Assembly (NCBI GenBank): GCA_964247055.1
Contig: OZ176053.1
Coordinates: 186,001-250,000, forward strand
DNA: 64,000 bases
Reading direction: 5' to 3'
Origin: Paragordius varius
Taxonomy: Eukaryota > Animalia > Nematomorpha
The notes under the pieces were generated by a model that did not search any database, was not told the origin of the DNA, and saw only the letters and a list, made by a program, of their open reading frames with translations. The position numbers were made by a program, and so were the translations under genes. Of the stretch, positions 60,087 to 64,000 are shown piece after piece (position 1 is the stretch's first letter; the number at the start of each line of letters is the position of its first letter).

Positions 60087-60714
60087 TTTTTTTAATTTCT
60101 TTATGCTTTCAATGTGGATAATGAAATAAAGTTAATCAGCTTTTATGATTTTATTATTTCTGGCTTAATCTGTAAATGATTTAAACAAAAACGAAAAAAA
60201 CCATACCAATTTTATATACATTTAAATTTTTTCTGTACCCCAATCAAATGCACTTTGTAATCAACTAAACTCTTTCGTGCATTGAATAATACAGTTAATA
60301 ATAACACATTTTATTTTTTAATTGTTATTAATAAGTATATAATTAATTTTTTTCATAATTCGTAGTGTCTTCCAAAAAAGAAAATTAATTAAACTTTGCA
60401 TTCCACAATGTGTAAAAAAATTGCCAAAATTTGTAAAACGCATATAGAGCTGAATAAAATAAAAACATTGCTAAATTATGCCTGGATAAAGCGAGCCGTT
60501 TTTACATATTTAATTTTTTATACCTACAAGCAACAGGGTATGAATTATATATAAAGGCATCAAGCTAAAATAAAAGGTTGAAACAGTTCCAAATTCATAA
60601 TAAGTTTTAACGGTTTTTTTCGTAAATAAAAGCATATAACTTGGAAAGGAAACCAAAATCATTTATTATAATCAAAATATTGTACATATCCGCTTTTACA
60701 CATTTCACTCCTCT

Positions 60715-60990
60715 CTCTCTCACGTAATAAATGGCCATAAAACTGATTGACTGACATTTGTGTGACAAACTATTTGTTCAGCCAATTTCTAACGTATTTT
60801 AAATTATTGAAGTGCCGTTCTGAGAAGGTGGAGCCTTATTGATCCAAAGTTGTAGTCACATGATGCCAGGTCAGGTGATTTTAGCGGATGCCAAAAAATT
60901 CCCATCGAAGCGATTTTAAGGCGTCTTTGCTTGAGCGAGACGAAGCATTGTCATGTAGCCTTGGCTGTTTTTCGATCAATGCATGGTTTT
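60715..60990 (-). mobile_element. Decayed mariner (DD34D) transposase C-terminal fragment
   Basis: HALIEKQPRLHDNA..LKSLRWEF / HPLKSPDLASCDY / RHFNNLKYVRNWL across frameshifts matches the mariner LHDNA...WEVLPHPPYSPDLAPSDY motifs. Confidence 0.8.
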
Positions 60991-61755
60991 AATTAGGGAT
61001 TTGTTAGCAATAGTGTTGTTATTAACAATTTCTAGGACGGGACTTCAAAAGTTTGTAATACATAATACACCACTGGTCCTACAAAGTCATGAGCATGGGT
61101 TTTCTTGCCGAAGCGATTTGACTTTATTAATGGAAAAGGGCTTGGAAAGGTAAAGCTACGATTTTTCCGATTTGGATTCGTAATATTGTTGTCATTACCC
61201 GTCCTAATTCGAGAGGAAATTAATTTCTTTCGTGACGTTGAAGCCGGATTTCTCAAGTCACTGTGCGATCTTCGATTTAATGTTGATGCAAATCGTGTAG
61301 ATGTAATTTAGAGAGTTTCTTGGTTCCCATTGCACGTATAAATTTATAATTGTTCTTAAGTTTAAGTTGGATCATCATTCAATAACTTTTGCACCGCGTC
61401 TTCGCAGTCTACCAGAGCGACCACACTCTTTTATATTGCCACAACTTTGATATTTTGAAATCATTCACATGTGTTAATCAATTGAGCATGTCCACCATCT
61501 GCCAGCAATCGATAACTTTCAACACTTTTTATCTTCTAATGGCAATAGGTGCCTCAAATTTTTTTTGTGCATTAAATTCTGCATAATTACTGAATGATAA
61601 AATTAAGGCCGCTAGTATTTGGCTAACTCAACTTATGTAATAACAGTTTTAAAATCCGTAGGATAGTGATTATCGAAAATTATATAGAACATTAATAGAA
61701 AGATAATTATTAACAGAAATTATAAAGGATATGTGAAACCCTTTGGTCAATAGTA

Positions 61756-61798
61756 ATCGCAGACTAGTTTCGTGCTTGTTAGCACTCATCAGTACGAC
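61756..61798 (-). ncRNA. Minimal type I hammerhead ribozyme
   Basis: Minus strand GTCGTA-CTGATGA-GTGCT(AACA)AGCAC-GAA-ACTAGT-C-TGCGAT. Full catalytic core, 5-bp stem II, palindromic stem III, GUC cleavage triplet and 6-bp stem I. Confidence 0.85.
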
Positions 61799-62565
61799 AC
61801 AACTATTTGACTTGGGGTTTTCACATATCGATTTCGTATATATATATCCAACTTTGCAACTTTGATATAAATGCAGTCGGTTATACGAATTTAAATCTTT
61901 CAACTAATTTTCTATCGATTATCATTATCCTACGAATTTTACAACTGTTATTACAAAAATTAACCTTTCAACTTATGTATGTTAGTCTGAGGTCGTCTGA
62001 CAAACATAATGGAGTATGTATCAAATTAATCGTCTGCAAAATTTTCTCTTACGCCTTGTCATACCAGAAATTTATCATTTTTAAAATTTTATAATAATTA
62101 AGTCATGTGCCCCCTCACTGATTTTTATATAATCCGTTAAGATTATCGAAGCTTGGATGATGAATAATCGCCCTTTTTTAAATTTGTTAAAAAGAAAATT
62201 TATCGGGCCAAATTAAATTCATATTTAGTTTTTCAACCATAACAGAAATGATGTATCGACGCGCGTAAAGACCCCTTTGTAACACATAGAACAAAAATAC
62301 TGTTTCTACTTAATTTGTTATAAAATCTGTTGAACCGATAAACATTTTTTTTATTTTAACCATCAAAATTTAATATCCTTTTTCAATGATTACCCATTTT
62401 CGTTAAAAATAAATATAATTATAAATGGCCAAAATAAAGGGAATTATTGAGAGATGCATTTTTTTTTCAATAAGTTGATAAAAAAACATTTTAATAAGGC
62501 TTACAACTATGTGTTGATATAAAACACATAAATAAAAATTGAGTGGGTAACGACGAGAGTTTGTA

Positions 62566-63570
62566 ATGTAAATGATGTTAGAATCGTCGTAAAATAACGC
62601 AAAAATAAAAATATAATTTATTAATTCTCAAATTTTCGCCATAGGCATCATCAGGAGATTAGTTAAAAAAAATATATGTAAAATAAGAAAATAAAAATTA
62701 AATTAAAAAAAAATGAACAAAATCATGGTTGATATTACTTATATAGGAAAAAATCACAAAATAACCGTTAGTGGACAAAAGAAAAAAAGATCACAAAGAA
62801 AACCGTTGTGATGTAAAAAACCAAATGTGTATTTTTTTTTTCACAAAAATTAATTGTAATGGAATAAATAAAATAATAATTTAACATCAAACAATGTAAG
62901 CGTAAAATTATTAAAATTTAAGTAATATCTACACTATAAAATGGTTTGTCATAAAAAATTCGATAATTTTTTATAAATGATTTAGTTTCAGAATTTATAG
63001 CTTTCCTTTCTTGAATGCTCGAACAGAATTGACGTTTTAGCCGTTGAAAGAAAATACAGCGCAAGGATAACAAAAGAAGCACTCTTTATACAGAGCGCAG
63101 AAGATGGTTTGCTTAATCGCCGTGAAGAAAGGAAAGCTATAAATTCTGAAACTAAATCATTTATAAAAAATTATCGAATTTTTAATGACAAACCATTTTA
63201 TAGTGTAGATATTACTTAAATTTTAATAATTTAGGCTTACATTATTTCATGTTAAATCATTATTTTATTTATAGCATTACAATTAATTTTTGTGAAAAAA
63301 AAAATACACATTTGGTTTTTTACATCACAACGGTTTTCTTTGTGATCTTTTTTTCTTTTGTCCACTAACGGTTATTTTGTGATTTTTTCCTATATAAGTA
63401 ATATCAACCATGATTTTGTTCATTTTTTTTTAATTTAATTTTTATTTTCTTATTTTACATATATTTTTCTTAACTAATCTCCTGATGATGCCTATGGCGA
63501 AAATTTGAGAATTAATAAATTATATTTTTATTTTTGCGTTATTTTACGACGATTCTAACATCATTTACAT
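62566..63570 (+). mobile_element. Penelope-like retroelement 3' remnant forming a ~1-kb palindrome
   Basis: Arms 62566-63012 and 63125-63570 are reverse complements. The frame 63013-63219 reads IDVLAVERKYSARITKEALFIQ..LLNRREE, resembling a PLE GIY-YIG C-terminus. Confidence 0.75.
63474..63514 (+). ncRNA. Hammerhead-like motif in the PLE arm (mirror copy on the - strand at ~62622-62662)
   Basis: TAATCTC-CTGATGA-T-GCC(TAT)GGC-GAA-AATT-T-GAGAATTA. Core, stem II, palindromic stem III and stem I TCTC/GAGA are present; the triplet is a weak UUU. Confidence 0.6.
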
Positions 63571-64000
63571 AAATAAAAAGTTATTTAAAACCTTCGTCGT
63601 ATTTAAGTTACACTTGGTGTCGTTTCATCACAAATATGATAATATCTTGTTTCATCTATTTTATTCAATATGTAAAAAATTAGACTTTTTAAATGATATA
63701 ATCAAACTATTATATTACATTACATGTAAAAATTTATCCAAATATATATAATTTTTAAAAATTGATAATAAATGTTTTTTTGTCCTTTATAATGATAATT
63801 TAATGATGGCACTATGGGGCTTAGACGTTTAATACCTTTAATTCTGAGTATTGTTTTAATTGTAAATTTCATATTTTATGATAAAATTTATAAAAATCCT
63901 AGTAGTAATAAGCTTAAAAAACGCCATAAAATTTCATTATTTGCCAATGAGAAAAAGGTACTACCCTCAAATTTACTGAATTCCCACAATTTTAAATTCC

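Overview
A very AT-rich eukaryotic (animal, probably protostome invertebrate) genomic window. By hand-splicing I recover seven multi-exon genes: MESD (-), tafazzin (-), ZCCHC8 (+), RUVBL1 (-), IK/RED (-), a DUSP3-like phosphatase (+) and GTF2E2 (-). Tafazzin and GTF2E2 are essentially invisible in the ORF track. There are also two intronless 7TM ORFs. Introns and intergenic DNA are dense with MITE families (piggyBac-like TTAA, Tc1-like TA/CAGT, hAT-like, 21-bp-repeat foldbacks) and decayed RTE, IS630/Tc1, mariner and Penelope-like remnants. Three signals stand out. (1) RUVBL1 intron 5 is an 11-copy tandem array of the preceding exon's 3' end, and every copy keeps AG|GT behind a branch-point-like TAAT; a single similar copy occurs in IK. 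This could be a recursive-splicing or decoy-donor array. (2) The first coding intron is only 30-36 nt in six of the seven spliced genes, while later introns reach about 2.7 kb. (3) Three hammerhead ribozyme motifs lie at 61.7-63.5 kb: one textbook minimal type I motif, and two inside a 1-kb Penelope-derived palindrome. All homology calls come from my recognition of motifs, not from database searches.
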